A DNA stretch of 64,000 bases from an uncultured Clostridiaceae bacterium. GTDB lineage: Bacteria; Bacillota; Clostridia; Monoglobales; Firm-18. This document shows, piece after piece, positions 25,511 to 35,905 of the stretch. Location of the stretch: NCBI GenBank assembly GCA_964573775.1, contig CAZNKU010000003.1, forward strand, positions 2,997 to 66,996, in the 5' to 3' direction. The notes below the pieces were generated by a model, which did no database searches, had not been told where the DNA came from, and worked only from the letters and a program-made list of their open reading frames with translations. Numbering within the stretch: position 1 is the stretch's first letter; each line of letters opens with the position of its first letter. Both the position numbers and the translations under genes were made by a program.

Positions 25511-26962
25511 TTATTTAATATTTTTTGCAAGACTCAAAGCTCTTTCATACTGTTTATCTACCAAAACCTTTGAAATCTTTAGTTCGTCATTTAATCTTAT
25601 CTGAGTTGTTATATCCGCAACGCCGTATGGAAAAAGTCCTGTGTTAGCCTGAAAGTTTTTAACAGCATTTGCGGTAAGTTCGTCATATACGTCGTTTACC
25701 TCAAGTCTGTAACCCAAAGCATTGAGTCTTTCTTTTACAGCGTATACATCTTCACCTGTATCACCGATATTGAGTGTTCTTGTAACCGAATAAGATGTTA
25801 CTGTGCTCATATCAAAATCAGCATATTTGTTTGAAACTGCATAATCGGGCTCTATCCCTACTTTATGTATATTATTATGGCTTGGTGTATAATATTCCGC
25901 TACAGTGTACCACATATAATGATTACTTCTAAGGGGAACAGTTGTCTGCACAGTACCCTTACCGTAGGAGGTTTCACCGACTATTATACCTGTGCCGTAG
26001 TCCTTTATTGCACCCGATACAAGCTCTGATGCAGATGCACTGTATTCATTTATAAGTATAACACCGTTAAACTTATACTTTGTTTCATCAGCATAATGCT
26101 TTTTGTTGTTCTTTTCATTTTTATATTCCTCTGTTGCAATAAGCTTGCCGTCGGGTATAAAGTAGCTTGCAACCGATATTGCCGCATTCATATAACCGCC
26201 AAGGTTATTTCTAAGGTCAAGAATAACTGTCTTTACATTTTTTTCACCAAAATAATCCATTGCCTGTGCAACAGACTCTTCAGTGTTGGCATTGAAAGAA
26301 GATATTTTAAGATAACCCACATTACCGTCTTCTATTATTTCATATGTAACAGGATTAATCTTTATAGTAGCTCTTTTTAATGTATATGTATAATTAACAC
26401 GGTTTCTTGAAACAGTAATGCTTACTTCTGTTCCCTCTTCACCCTTAATAAGTGAGGTAACCTTATCAAGACCAAAACCTTCAACACTTTCGCCGTCAAC
26501 CGCTACTACAATATCACCAACCTGAAGCCCTGAATTTTCAGCAGGTGAATTTGGAAGTGCTTCACCAAGAATAACATATTCTTCATCAAAGTATACGTTT
26601 ATACCTATTCCCACATAAACACCGGAAACATCCTCAAAGCGGGCTTCAAATTCCTCGGCACCGTAAAACATTGAGTTTTCGTCAAGTGCCTCAAATGCAC
26701 CCTTACCGAAATCCTCCAAAAGCTCGGGATGGTCTGTTAAAATCTTGGTAACAGCCGCTTCCATAAGCTCTTCTCTTGTAATATCATATCTGTAATATTT
26801 AACAATGTAGTCCAAAAGGTTGCTGTAAAATTCCGATACAACCTCACCGTTTGTTGTGTCAATTCCGTTAAGTATATGTACTCCTTCCGCATTTACGCTT
26901 ACACAGGAAAGCAACATAACAATACAAAGTATTGTTGCAAATATTTTTTTAACATTTAACAT
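25511..26962 (-). CDS. S41 C-terminal processing peptidase with PDZ and C-terminal peptidoglycan-binding domain
   Basis: Signal peptide, a PDZ segment (GLQVGDIVVAVDGESV), an S41 core (NEYSASASE ... GKGTVQ) and a PG_binding_1-like end (G.DV..VKERLNALGY). Confidence 0.8.
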   Translation of the reverse strand: MLNVKKIFATILCIVMLLSCVSVNAEGVHILNGIDTTNGEVVSEFYSNLLDYIVKYYRYDITREELMEAAVTKILTDHPELLEDFGKGAFEALDENSMFYGAEEFEARFEDVSGVYVGIGINVYFDEEYVILGEALPNSPAENSGLQVGDIVVAVDGESVEGFGLDKVTSLIKGEEGTEVSITVSRNRVNYTYTLKRATIKINPVTYEIIEDGNVGYLKISSFNANTEESVAQAMDYFGEKNVKTVILDLRNNLGGYMNAAISVASYFIPDGKLIATEEYKNEKNNKKHYADETKYKFNGVILINEYSASASELVSGAIKDYGTGIIVGETSYGKGTVQTTVPLRSNHYMWYTVAEYYTPSHNNIHKVGIEPDYAVSNKYADFDMSTVTSYSVTRTLNIGDTGEDVYAVKERLNALGYRLEVNDVYDELTANAVKNFQANTGLFPYGVADITTQIRLNDELKISKVLVDKQYERALSLAKNIK

Positions 26963-26977
26963 ATAAACACCTCCGTA

Positions 26978-27700
26978 TTATTGGGAAATACCCATTACTT
27001 TAATATTTCCACCATAGCTATCGGCAAAAACATAGATGTATTTATCAAGATTTTGCATAACAAAACCTGTACTTATTCCAACATTCGAGCTGTCAAGTTC
27101 AATGTATGAGCCTGTACTTTCATTAATCCACAAATCATATTCTTTTCTGTATATATCGCTGACTATCATTTGCTTTCCCTCTGCCCAATAAAGCTTAACT
27201 TTATACAAGGCAGGCTGTACAATTTCACCGGGCTTCCACACAAAAAGTGCCTTACCGTCCTTATCTGCCACGCAGGTACATATTTCTGCAGTTTTAATAT
27301 CGGACTGTCTGCCCTTTTCCGTAACATAAAAAGTATCCTTGTCAAAAACTATATTTTTGTTTTTCAACTCTTCTGCTGTTCCGGATACAAATATATAATT
27401 GTCATCATTTATATATCTTTTAATAATACCGTCTGTTAAAGGAGTAAAGTCTGTGCCTGTTTCATTAACAATACCACTTCTCGAAACAATTATACCATTT
27501 TTAATTGCAGCCGATATAAGCCTTGGATTTTTCAGGTTACGCCTGTTTTGTAACTTGCTTATTCCACTTACATCCTCTGTAACCTTTACATCATAGTACT
27601 TTAAAAGTTTTTCAGTCATTTCAGTCAAATCCGTTGCACTGACATTTATACTCAAAAGCAATATACATACGGTCAATATACATAATATTTTTTTCATCAT
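26978..27700 (-). CDS. Secreted hypothetical protein
   Basis: 240 aa with an N-terminal signal peptide. I recognise no motif. Confidence 0.5.
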   Translation of the reverse strand: MMKKILCILTVCILLLSINVSATDLTEMTEKLLKYYDVKVTEDVSGISKLQNRRNLKNPRLISAAIKNGIIVSRSGIVNETGTDFTPLTDGIIKRYINDDNYIFVSGTAEELKNKNIVFDKDTFYVTEKGRQSDIKTAEICTCVADKDGKALFVWKPGEIVQPALYKVKLYWAEGKQMIVSDIYRKEYDLWINESTGSYIELDSSNVGISTGFVMQNLDKYIYVFADSYGGNIKVMGISQ

Positions 27701-27703
27701 AAA

Positions 27704-29365
27704 TCACATTTTTTCGGGTGCTTCAACCTTCAAAAGTTCAAGCACATTTGCAAGAGCAATTCTTGCACAGTCGATAAGTTTTAGTCTTGCATTTAAAAGT
27801 TCTTCATCTTCAATATTCACATGACATTCGTTGTAGAATGAATGGAATGAATTTGCAAGCTCTACTGAATATCTTGTAAGCTTTGAAGGCTCTAAAGTTT
27901 CAGCCGCCGCCTTGATTTCGTCAGGCAATTCCGCAATTTGACGAAGAAGGTTGAATTCTTCTTCCTTTACAAGAATTTGGCTGTTTATTTCGGTTGCAGA
28001 CTTAACCTTTTTGCCCGATTCCTCCAAAAGACGTATAATACTGCAAATTCTTGCATGTGCATACTGAACATAGAAAACAGGGTTGTTGTTTGACTGTTCA
28101 ACAGCCAAGTCAAGGTCAAAGTCAAAGTGACTGCCTGCATTTCTCATATTAAAGAAGAAACGTGCAGCATCTATGCCAATTTCTTCAAGCAAGTCATCAA
28201 GTGTTATAGCTTTACCTGTACGCTTTGACATTCTTGCAACCTCGCCGCCACGCATAAGACGTACAAGCTGCATCAAAACAACCTCAAGCTTTTCACCGTC
28301 TACACCAACGGCATCCATAGCATACTTCATACGTGCTACGTGACCGTGGTGGTCTGCCCCCCACACGTCAATTACTCTGTCAAAGCCACGGGTTACGAAC
28401 TTATTTCTGTGGTATGCAATATCTGCCGCAAAGTATGTAGGAATACCGTTAGCACGTACCAAAACGTCGTCCTTTTCTTCCTCATCTGCGGATTTTAGCC
28501 ATATTGCACCGTCTTTTTCGTAGGTATAGCCCTTTTCCTTCAATATTTCAACGGTTTTCATAACCTCACCGCTTTTGTGAAGCTCGCTTTCGTAAAACCA
28601 AACATCATAGTTTACACGGTAGTCACCCAAGGTCTTTTTCATAAGCTCTACGTTTTTATTAAGAGAATATTCTACCAAAGCCGCTTTACGTTCTTCACTT
28701 TCCGCATTTACGAATTTGTCACCGTTAATTTCTATAAATTCCTTTGCACGTTGTGTAATATCTGCACCCTGATACCATTCTTCTTCAAAAGGTACATCTA
28801 TGCCACATTCCTGCAAATATCTTGCTTCAAGTGAGCAAGCAAACTTTTCAACCTGATTGCCTGCATCGTTAAGGTAAAATTCACGGGTTACATCAAAGCC
28901 TGCAAAGTCAAGCACAGCCGCCATGGAATCACCCAAGGCACCTCCCCTTGCATTACCCATGTGCATAGGACCTGTCGGGTTGGCACTTATGAATTCAACC
29001 ATAACCTTTTTGCCCTTGCCATAGTCTATGCTACCGTAGCGGTTACCCATTTTTTCAACAAGATTAATCACGTCATAAAGCCAGCTTTTGTTAAGATAAA
29101 AATTAATAAAGCCGGGACCTGCAATTTCTACCTTTTCAATATAAGTGCCGTTGCAGTCCATTTTGGAAACAAGCTCTTCCGCAATCATTCTCGGAGCTTT
29201 TTTCGCAATTTTCGTTAAAAGCATTGCCGCGTTTGTGGAAAAGTCACCGTTTGCCTTTTCACGCGGTGTTTCAACCTGATAATTAACTGCTTCAAAGCCA
29301 CAGTCTGCAATTGCTTTATCTACAAGATTTGAAATCTGACTTCTTACTGTTTCTTTTATATTCAT
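27704..29365 (-). CDS. argS: Arginine--tRNA ligase
   Basis: 553 aa with the class I HIGH-type motif (PTGPMHMGNARG), the MSKRTG (KMSKS-like) motif and a DALR anticodon-binding C-terminus. Confidence 0.95.
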   Translation of the reverse strand: MNIKETVRSQISNLVDKAIADCGFEAVNYQVETPREKANGDFSTNAAMLLTKIAKKAPRMIAEELVSKMDCNGTYIEKVEIAGPGFINFYLNKSWLYDVINLVEKMGNRYGSIDYGKGKKVMVEFISANPTGPMHMGNARGGALGDSMAAVLDFAGFDVTREFYLNDAGNQVEKFACSLEARYLQECGIDVPFEEEWYQGADITQRAKEFIEINGDKFVNAESEERKAALVEYSLNKNVELMKKTLGDYRVNYDVWFYESELHKSGEVMKTVEILKEKGYTYEKDGAIWLKSADEEEKDDVLVRANGIPTYFAADIAYHRNKFVTRGFDRVIDVWGADHHGHVARMKYAMDAVGVDGEKLEVVLMQLVRLMRGGEVARMSKRTGKAITLDDLLEEIGIDAARFFFNMRNAGSHFDFDLDLAVEQSNNNPVFYVQYAHARICSIIRLLEESGKKVKSATEINSQILVKEEEFNLLRQIAELPDEIKAAAETLEPSKLTRYSVELANSFHSFYNECHVNIEDEELLNARLKLIDCARIALANVLELLKVEAPEKM

Positions 29366-29369
29366 AGTA

Positions 29370-29789
29370 TTAACACTCCCTTACCTGCATATGGAAATCA
29401 TTTTTTCCAACCAAATTATTGTCTACATCTATACTGTAATCGGCAAATATTTCACCGCCGTTGTCGTCAAGTTCAATTTTAACATTCTGCGCCCAAACAC
29501 CTACGGATATTGCACCGTACATAGTGTCGTAGCAACAAACATGGTGCTTGCCCTTTTCAAAAATGAGCTGTGTGTTGTTGGTACCAAAACGAAGTATTGT
29601 AACCTTTTTGTCCTGAACCTTTACGGTTGTGGTAGTACCATCCATACCCGTAAGCTCCGATTCCTTATAAGTAATATAGTAGGCATCGCCTTTTTTATAC
29701 ATACTGCCTTCTGTTATAAGCTCTACCTTATCTTTTTCACCGTCATTATCCTGTGTGCCCACAAGAGTAATGAGTACATCCTTTTTCAT
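29370..29789 (-). CDS. DUF1934 (YwiB-like) protein
   Basis: Small beta-rich protein directly upstream of argS, as in Bacillus ywiB-argS. The ATG at 29789 follows a GGAGA RBS. Confidence 0.65.
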   Translation of the reverse strand: MKKDVLITLVGTQDNDGEKDKVELITEGSMYKKGDAYYITYKESELTGMDGTTTTVKVQDKKVTILRFGTNNTQLIFEKGKHHVCCYDTMYGAISVGVWAQNVKIELDDNGGEIFADYSIDVDNNLVGKNDFHMQVREC

Positions 29790-29931
29790 AAAAATCTCCA
29801 TTCCGCCGCCATACGTCGGCACAAAAAGTAATTAAAGTTCTCTTATCCGTATGGCAAGGAGTTGTAAATAATACTCCAAATTATATTGTAACAGATTTAT
29901 TGATAAATTTCAATAGATATATTAGGGAATT

Positions 29932-30387
29932 TTATTTTTCGTCAATTGCTTTTAAAAGCGCCCTGCAACCTGCAACTACATCACGGTATGTTACATCAAA
30001 ATTGCCCGTATACCAAGGGTCTGCGACATCTGCATCGGAATCTGTAAATTCCAGCAATTTATAAATTTTGCTTTCGGTGTCAGCACCCACAATACGCAAG
30101 GTATTACGCACATTTGCCTTGTCCATACATATTAAATAATCGTATTTTGCATAGTCACTTTTTTCAAGATGCACAGCACGCTTGCCCTTGTAAGAAATTC
30201 CAAGTCCGTCTAAAATCCTTGCTGTACCGTAATGGACACCGTTTCCGATTTCCTCATAGCTTGTAGCGGCAGATGCCACATAAAACTCATCACTCCTGCC
30301 AAGCTTTGCAACCATATCCTTAAAAATAAATTCCGCCATAGGACTGCGGCATATATTACCGTGACATATAAATAAAATACTTGTCAT
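29932..30387 (-). CDS. Low-molecular-weight protein-tyrosine phosphatase
   Basis: CHGNICRS P-loop (CX5R-S) at the N-terminus and a DPWY/DP motif near the C-terminus. Confidence 0.85.
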   Translation of the reverse strand: MTSILFICHGNICRSPMAEFIFKDMVAKLGRSDEFYVASAATSYEEIGNGVHYGTARILDGLGISYKGKRAVHLEKSDYAKYDYLICMDKANVRNTLRIVGADTESKIYKLLEFTDSDADVADPWYTGNFDVTYRDVVAGCRALLKAIDEK

Positions 30388-30549
30388 AAAACCACCTCAT
30401 TTCATCATTACTACTTTAACACAAAAAATAAATGTTTGCAATACATTGCCAATAGTGATTAAGATAAAAAAACAACGTCAAATAACAAGAAATTGAATGT
30501 AGAGGTATTTTGCCTCCGCTTTCATCATATCATCAAAAGAGGTGATTTG

Positions 30550-31716
30550 ATGATAACTTTAAGACTTGGTGAAATAGGACCAATAGTGGAAATGCTACAG
30601 CTGGCTTTACAAAGAGCAGGATATGATACAGAGATAAACGGTAATTTTAATGAGGAACTTGAAAACACCGTAAAGGAATTTCAACAGACAAACGGTCTTA
30701 CCGCTGACGGAATAGCGGGAAAAAGCACCTGGGCAAAATTAGAGCCTTATTTACGTGGATATACAACAGACCCACAGGGTAATGTGACACAGCTTGACTT
30801 TAATATAGTACCAACAAACATCCGATATGTATGGGAGCTGATTTCGTACATTATAGACGGTATGGCTGTACGGTATCCCTTTATAGAAACAGGCAACATA
30901 GGTAAAAGCATAATGGGCAAGGACTTATTTTACATAAAAATCGGCACAGGTCCTGTGGAGGTTATGTACAATGCCACCCATCACGGTAATGAATGGATAA
31001 CCACTCCTCTGCTTTTGAAGTTTGCAGAACAGTATGCAGACGCTTTTGCAAATAACGGTGAAATAGCAGGAAAGTCCGCAAAAGAACTGTATGACACCAA
31101 AACACTGTACATTATCCCCTGCATAAATCCTGACGGAATGGATGTTGTAAACGGCGGACTCCCCGCAGGAGAATTTTACAACCGTGTACTTGAAATAAGC
31201 GGTAATTATCCCCAAATCCCTTTTCCCGACGGTTGGAAGGCAAATGTTGCAGGGGTGGATTTAAACCTTAACTACCCCGCAAACTGGCAAAGAGCAAAGG
31301 AAATAAAATACGAGCTTGGATTTACTACCCCTGCACCCCGTGACTTTGTAGGTGAAGAGCCTCTTTCAGAACCCGAAAGTCTTGCAATGTATAATTTTAC
31401 GGTTGCACATCAGTTTGCACTTACACTTTCTTACCACACTCAGGGAAAGGTTATATACTGGAAATATCTTGACTATATGCCTAAAAACTCATACACCATA
31501 GCTCAGGCGCTGGCAGATGTATCAGGCTACACCCTTTCGCTTACACCTGCCGAATCTTCATACGCAGGATATAAGGATTGGTTTATTCAAGCCTTCAACA
31601 AGCCAGGCTATACCGTAGAAGCAGGCATTGGCGTAAACCCACTGCCATTAGAACAGTTTGACGAAATTTATACCGACAACATAGGGCTTTTGGTTACAGC
31701 ACTTGAAATGGCATGA
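30550..31716 (+). CDS. M14 zinc carboxypeptidase-family peptidoglycan hydrolase (gamma-D-Glu-diamino acid endopeptidase-like) with an N-terminal PG-binding domain
   Basis: PG_binding_1 pattern (VEMLQLAL..AGY....NGNF...L...V..FQ..NGL..DG..G) and the HHGNEW zinc motif. The ATG at 30550 follows an AGAGGTGA RBS. Confidence 0.8.
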   Translation: MITLRLGEIGPIVEMLQLALQRAGYDTEINGNFNEELENTVKEFQQTNGLTADGIAGKSTWAKLEPYLRGYTTDPQGNVTQLDFNIVPTNIRYVWELISYIIDGMAVRYPFIETGNIGKSIMGKDLFYIKIGTGPVEVMYNATHHGNEWITTPLLLKFAEQYADAFANNGEIAGKSAKELYDTKTLYIIPCINPDGMDVVNGGLPAGEFYNRVLEISGNYPQIPFPDGWKANVAGVDLNLNYPANWQRAKEIKYELGFTTPAPRDFVGEEPLSEPESLAMYNFTVAHQFALTLSYHTQGKVIYWKYLDYMPKNSYTIAQALADVSGYTLSLTPAESSYAGYKDWFIQAFNKPGYTVEAGIGVNPLPLEQFDEIYTDNIGLLVTALEMA

Positions 31717-31763
31717 TTTTTGTAGTAAAATAGTATCCAATAGAATAACAGGTTGGTGATTTT

Positions 31764-32933
31764 ATGGGACTATTACTTTGGTTTCAATCTATAAGCAACA
31801 TTTTTTTGGATATATTATTTAAAATATTCACCCTTATGGGAGAAGAATATTTTATAATGCTTATTTTCTGCTGGCTTGCATGGAACGGACACAAGACCTT
31901 TGCTCACAAAACAGGGTTTGCATTCTGCTTTGGTATGGGAATAAACCAGGTTTTGAAAATTATATTCTGCGTACAGCGTCCCTGGATTTTAGACAACAGA
32001 ATTAAGGCATCGTCTTACGCACTTGAAAGTGCTACAGGATATTCCTTCCCAAGCGGACACACCCAAAGCGGGGTAACGGTATTCGGTTGTCTTGCAAAGG
32101 AATTCGGCAATAAAGTATTTAAGGCAGTATGTATATTTCTTGCTGTAATGGTTGGCGTATCCCGTCTGTACTTCCGCGTACACACACCATGGGATGTAGC
32201 AACATCCTTTGTAATAGGCATATTGGTAATACTTGCAACCGAAAAAATATACAAATTGTGCGACAAACATGACTTTGCCACATTGCTTACAGGTTTTGCA
32301 GTTTCAATTGCTATGGTGATTTTTACACTTACAAAACCGTATCCTGCCTATCATCTTCCGGAATATTCATACGACTGCATAAAAATTGCAGGTGCAATAG
32401 GTGGCTTTATTATAGGTTGGTTTGTGGAAAGGCGTTACATCAAATACAAATCAACAGGTAATACTTTACAAAAAATATACAAAACAGCCCTGGGACTTAT
32501 ACTTCTTATTGCTATAAAGCTTGCATTTAAAAAATTTGTAGATGAAACATATGCGGTAATGTATATACAAAATTTCATACTGATTTTCTGGTGTATTGCA
32601 ATGTACCCATTTTTGATGAGCAAAACAGGTCCTCAGAAAAAAATAATTAAAATCCTTTCCGTATGTGTACTTATACTGTTTATTTTAACCGCTTCTCTTT
32701 TTGCCAACAGCGGTGATGTTACCATTGATGAATACAACAAGCTACACGAAGGCATAAGCTACAAAGAAGCCGTAAGAATTGTCGGAAGTGAAGGCAGTGT
32801 TGTTCACACCTACTCAAAGGGAAATTACAACACTGTTGTATATGAATGGTACGGCAAAGAGGACGATTCATACGTATCTGCCATATTTATAAACAACCAA
32901 CTGGTAACAAAAGAAAAGTATAATTTTGACTAA
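31764..32933 (+). CDS. PAP2-family phosphatase membrane protein with a C-terminal extracytoplasmic domain
   Basis: Acid-phosphatase motifs KIIFCVQRPW, PSGHT and SRLYFRVHTPWD, with multiple TM helices. Confidence 0.7.
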   Translation: MGLLLWFQSISNIFLDILFKIFTLMGEEYFIMLIFCWLAWNGHKTFAHKTGFAFCFGMGINQVLKIIFCVQRPWILDNRIKASSYALESATGYSFPSGHTQSGVTVFGCLAKEFGNKVFKAVCIFLAVMVGVSRLYFRVHTPWDVATSFVIGILVILATEKIYKLCDKHDFATLLTGFAVSIAMVIFTLTKPYPAYHLPEYSYDCIKIAGAIGGFIIGWFVERRYIKYKSTGNTLQKIYKTALGLILLIAIKLAFKKFVDETYAVMYIQNFILIFWCIAMYPFLMSKTGPQKKIIKILSVCVLILFILTASLFANSGDVTIDEYNKLHEGISYKEAVRIVGSEGSVVHTYSKGNYNTVVYEWYGKEDDSYVSAIFINNQLVTKEKYNFD

Positions 32934-32937
32934 AATA

Positions 32938-32974
32938 AATGCAGTGAAAGAATCATCCTTTCACTGCATTTGTT
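32938..32974. terminator. Hairpin between convergent genes (bidirectional terminator candidate)
   Basis: AATGCAGTGAAAG-aatcatc-CTTTCACTGCATT. It overlaps the last codons of the radical SAM gene. Confidence 0.45.
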
Positions 32975-34536
32975 ATATCTTTTAATATTTTATTTCTATA
33001 ATCCATCATATAAACCTTTTCGCCTATCGGTTCAAAGCGTATATATTCCAAAGCCTTGCGGTCTTCAACAAACGAACTACACATTTTTTTAAACCCATCA
33101 GGATATTTAACATTCGCAAATGATGGCATAGGTCGGTTTGGACTGTTTTCAATAAAATCAAGACAAAGCTCTTCATAAACCGTATTGCCGAAAATTTTAT
33201 AAATTTCTCCGTAAATATCAAAACGGCTTAACGTCTTATTTGTATCAAATATTACAGACAATTTTTCAAAAAATCCAAAGGCATCATTACCCACAAGCTT
33301 TTCAACCGTTCTTTTAAAAGCACCGCTGTTGTTTATAGCATCAACTGCTTTGTCTATAAGTTTAAGCTTGCATATTTCAAGAGGGCTTATCCATTTGGTG
33401 GACACAACCTCGTATGGAGGAAAATCAGCGTAGACAATATCCTCATTTTCCTGAATAGGAGTACCGTGAAGCACCTTTAAAAAACCAAGCTGCAACATAT
33501 CCGGCTTTAAGTAATACACATAGTTAAAAGACTTTTTAAAGCTTTCGTAATCCTCATATGGTAATCCTGCAATTAAATCCAGGTGTATATGCATATTGTC
33601 TGCTTTTTTAAGCCTTGCTATATTATTTGCAACTGTATTTAGCTTATCATTTCTGTTAACAGCCTTTAAGGTTTCGGGGTTTGCAGACTGTATGCCCATT
33701 TCCAGCTGAAACAAATCTTTTGGTGCACCTGCAAGAGCATCAATAAGTTCATCACTGAGTATACCAGGGTCAACTTCAAAATGTACCTTTGTAGATTTGG
33801 AATTTTCAATTATATAATTAATTATTTCTATTGCACGTTTGCTGTCTGCATTAAAAGTTCTGTCTATCAGCTTAACAAGAGGTATATTGTTTTCAAAAAA
33901 CACATCAAACCCTTTTTTTACGTATTCCATAGGAAAATAACGTATACCCTTTTCTATACTTGAAAGGCAGTACGAACACCTGAAAGGGCAACCTCTTGAG
34001 GTTTCAAAATAAACAATTTTATTTTTTACATCTTCAAAGTTTTCGTAAGGGAATTTTACAGTATTCAAATCCACACAGTCAGCAATTTGCGATATGTCAT
34101 TTCTTGTAGCTACACCTTTTATTTTAACATCCCTGTCATTTTCTAGAGCATCTATAAGACAACCTGTTATATATTCTCCCTCACCCCGTAGCACATAGTC
34201 CAGAAAATCATGCTTTTTAAAAAGCTCTTTGGGGCAGTAACTGCATTCAGGTCCACCAAAGGTTATAATTACATCAGGCTTTGCCTTTTTTAGCATCTGT
34301 GCAACCTTTAAGGTTATTTCCACATTCCATATATATACGGAAAAGCAGTACATATCCGCATCCTTTTTAAGGAGTGTTGAATAAGCGTGCTGTATGTGGT
34401 CATTTATGGAAAACTCTGCTATATCAATATTCTTTTTTGAATTATAAGTCTTTATATACCTTAGTGCTAATGAAGAATGCGAAAACCTTGCATTAAAGGC
34501 AACTAAAACAGTTTTCAAAAAATCACCTTGCTTCAA
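32953..34536 (-). CDS. B12-binding-domain radical SAM protein (DUF4080-type)
   Basis: N-terminal cobalamin-binding-like domain and the radical SAM cluster motif CPFRCSYC. Confidence 0.75.
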   Translation of the reverse strand: MKQGDFLKTVLVAFNARFSHSSLALRYIKTYNSKKNIDIAEFSINDHIQHAYSTLLKKDADMYCFSVYIWNVEITLKVAQMLKKAKPDVIITFGGPECSYCPKELFKKHDFLDYVLRGEGEYITGCLIDALENDRDVKIKGVATRNDISQIADCVDLNTVKFPYENFEDVKNKIVYFETSRGCPFRCSYCLSSIEKGIRYFPMEYVKKGFDVFFENNIPLVKLIDRTFNADSKRAIEIINYIIENSKSTKVHFEVDPGILSDELIDALAGAPKDLFQLEMGIQSANPETLKAVNRNDKLNTVANNIARLKKADNMHIHLDLIAGLPYEDYESFKKSFNYVYYLKPDMLQLGFLKVLHGTPIQENEDIVYADFPPYEVVSTKWISPLEICKLKLIDKAVDAINNSGAFKRTVEKLVGNDAFGFFEKLSVIFDTNKTLSRFDIYGEIYKIFGNTVYEELCLDFIENSPNRPMPSFANVKYPDGFKKMCSSFVEDRKALEYIRFEPIGEKVYMMDYRNKILKDITNAVKG

Positions 34537-35890
34537 TCTTTTTCATCCATTTTCTGCTGTGAAGCCTATAAACACACCAAATACACTTTATAACCTGGTC
34601 GATTTTAAGAAGTGTATAAATCCAAAATTCAGGCCAATGGAAAACCAAACCTGCCAAAGCACCGAAGGGCACAGATACAACCCACAAAAACAAAATATCT
34701 CCTGCCATTAAAAATTTTGTATCTCCGCCTGCACGAAGCACACCCTTTGTAAGTATAGAGCTTACTGCCTGGAAAATAGTAATAAAAATAATAGCATTCA
34801 TAAGCTCACCTGCAATAAGCTTTGCCTCAGGTGAAACCTTATAAAAGTCTATAACAGGCTTTTTGAGAATAAATATTAAAAATGCTGCAAAAAAGCCAAT
34901 TAAAAATCCTATAAGTATAAAAGTATAACCCTGTTTTTGCGCCTTTTCAAAATCTCCTTCACCCATTGTATGGCTTGTTATAATACCGCTTGCATTACCG
35001 ATACCAACGGCAAGCACATTGCTAAGCTGTTGCACAACCATAGTTACAGAATTTGCGGCAACAAATGTTGTGCCTATATGTCCCATAACTATTGCAACCG
35101 CAGTGTTACCAAGTGCTAAAAGGCCGTCACTTATAAGTACAGGAATACTAAGCTTCATATATTCCCCATACATTTCCTTACACTTCATTTTAAGGTCGCG
35201 TAATCTGTAGCCTATTTTTTTATCTATAAAAAACAGATAACCGCACATAATACACAGTTCAAAAATACGGGAAACAAGTGTAGCCAAAGCAGCACCGCCT
35301 ATTTCCATTCTCGGTGCACCAAGGTTACCAAAAATAAATACCCAGTTAAAAAACAAATTTATAAAAAAGGCTGTTATTGAAGATATAAGCGGTATCTTTA
35401 CCTGACCTACGCCACGCAGTACAACCATAGTTGTAGTGGAAAATCCCATTGTAAAAAATGTAGGCGTAAGCCATCTTAAATATAATGTACCGTAACGGAT
35501 TATTTCCGGGTCAGATGAAAAAATCCTCATAATTCCCTCGGGGAACAAAATTGTTACCACTGTAAACAATGCACCGAAGGCAAAGCTAAAGCGCATCATT
35601 ATAGTAAGAGCTTTTTTAAGAGAGCCTATCTCCTTCATGCCCCAATAACGGTTAGTAAGTACCGAAGCACCCATACCTATACCCATACAACAAATCATAA
35701 AAAATGTTACAAACTGTGAAGCAAGTGAGGATGCTGAAAGCTGTGCATCACCCATACTTGAAAGCATCAGTGTATCCAAAAGATTAATGCCCACATTTAT
35801 TAAAGACTGTGCAGATATTGGAATAGCAATTCTAAGCATCAGTTTATATAAACTTTTATCCCCTAAGTATTCTCTGATATTTACGTTCAA
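34523..35890 (-). CDS. MATE-family efflux transporter
   Basis: 455 aa with 12 TM helices and a typical MATE N-terminus (L..IA.P......L......L.DT.M.....). Confidence 0.8.
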   Translation of the reverse strand: MNVNIREYLGDKSLYKLMLRIAIPISAQSLINVGINLLDTLMLSSMGDAQLSASSLASQFVTFFMICCMGIGMGASVLTNRYWGMKEIGSLKKALTIMMRFSFAFGALFTVVTILFPEGIMRIFSSDPEIIRYGTLYLRWLTPTFFTMGFSTTTMVVLRGVGQVKIPLISSITAFFINLFFNWVFIFGNLGAPRMEIGGAALATLVSRIFELCIMCGYLFFIDKKIGYRLRDLKMKCKEMYGEYMKLSIPVLISDGLLALGNTAVAIVMGHIGTTFVAANSVTMVVQQLSNVLAVGIGNASGIITSHTMGEGDFEKAQKQGYTFILIGFLIGFFAAFLIFILKKPVIDFYKVSPEAKLIAGELMNAIIFITIFQAVSSILTKGVLRAGGDTKFLMAGDILFLWVVSVPFGALAGLVFHWPEFWIYTLLKIDQVIKCIWCVYRLHSRKWMKKIEAR

Positions 35891-35905
35891 TTTAAACCCT
35901 TCTTT

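Noticed and set aside
32953-34536. B12-radical SAM gene as the missing modifying enzyme of the PqqD/S24/HprK-like set
   Set aside because: It is 7.4 kb away and separated by argS, a phosphatase, a peptidoglycan hydrolase and a PAP2 gene, some on the opposite strand. It sits in its own gene string with the MATE, ligase and acyltransferase genes.
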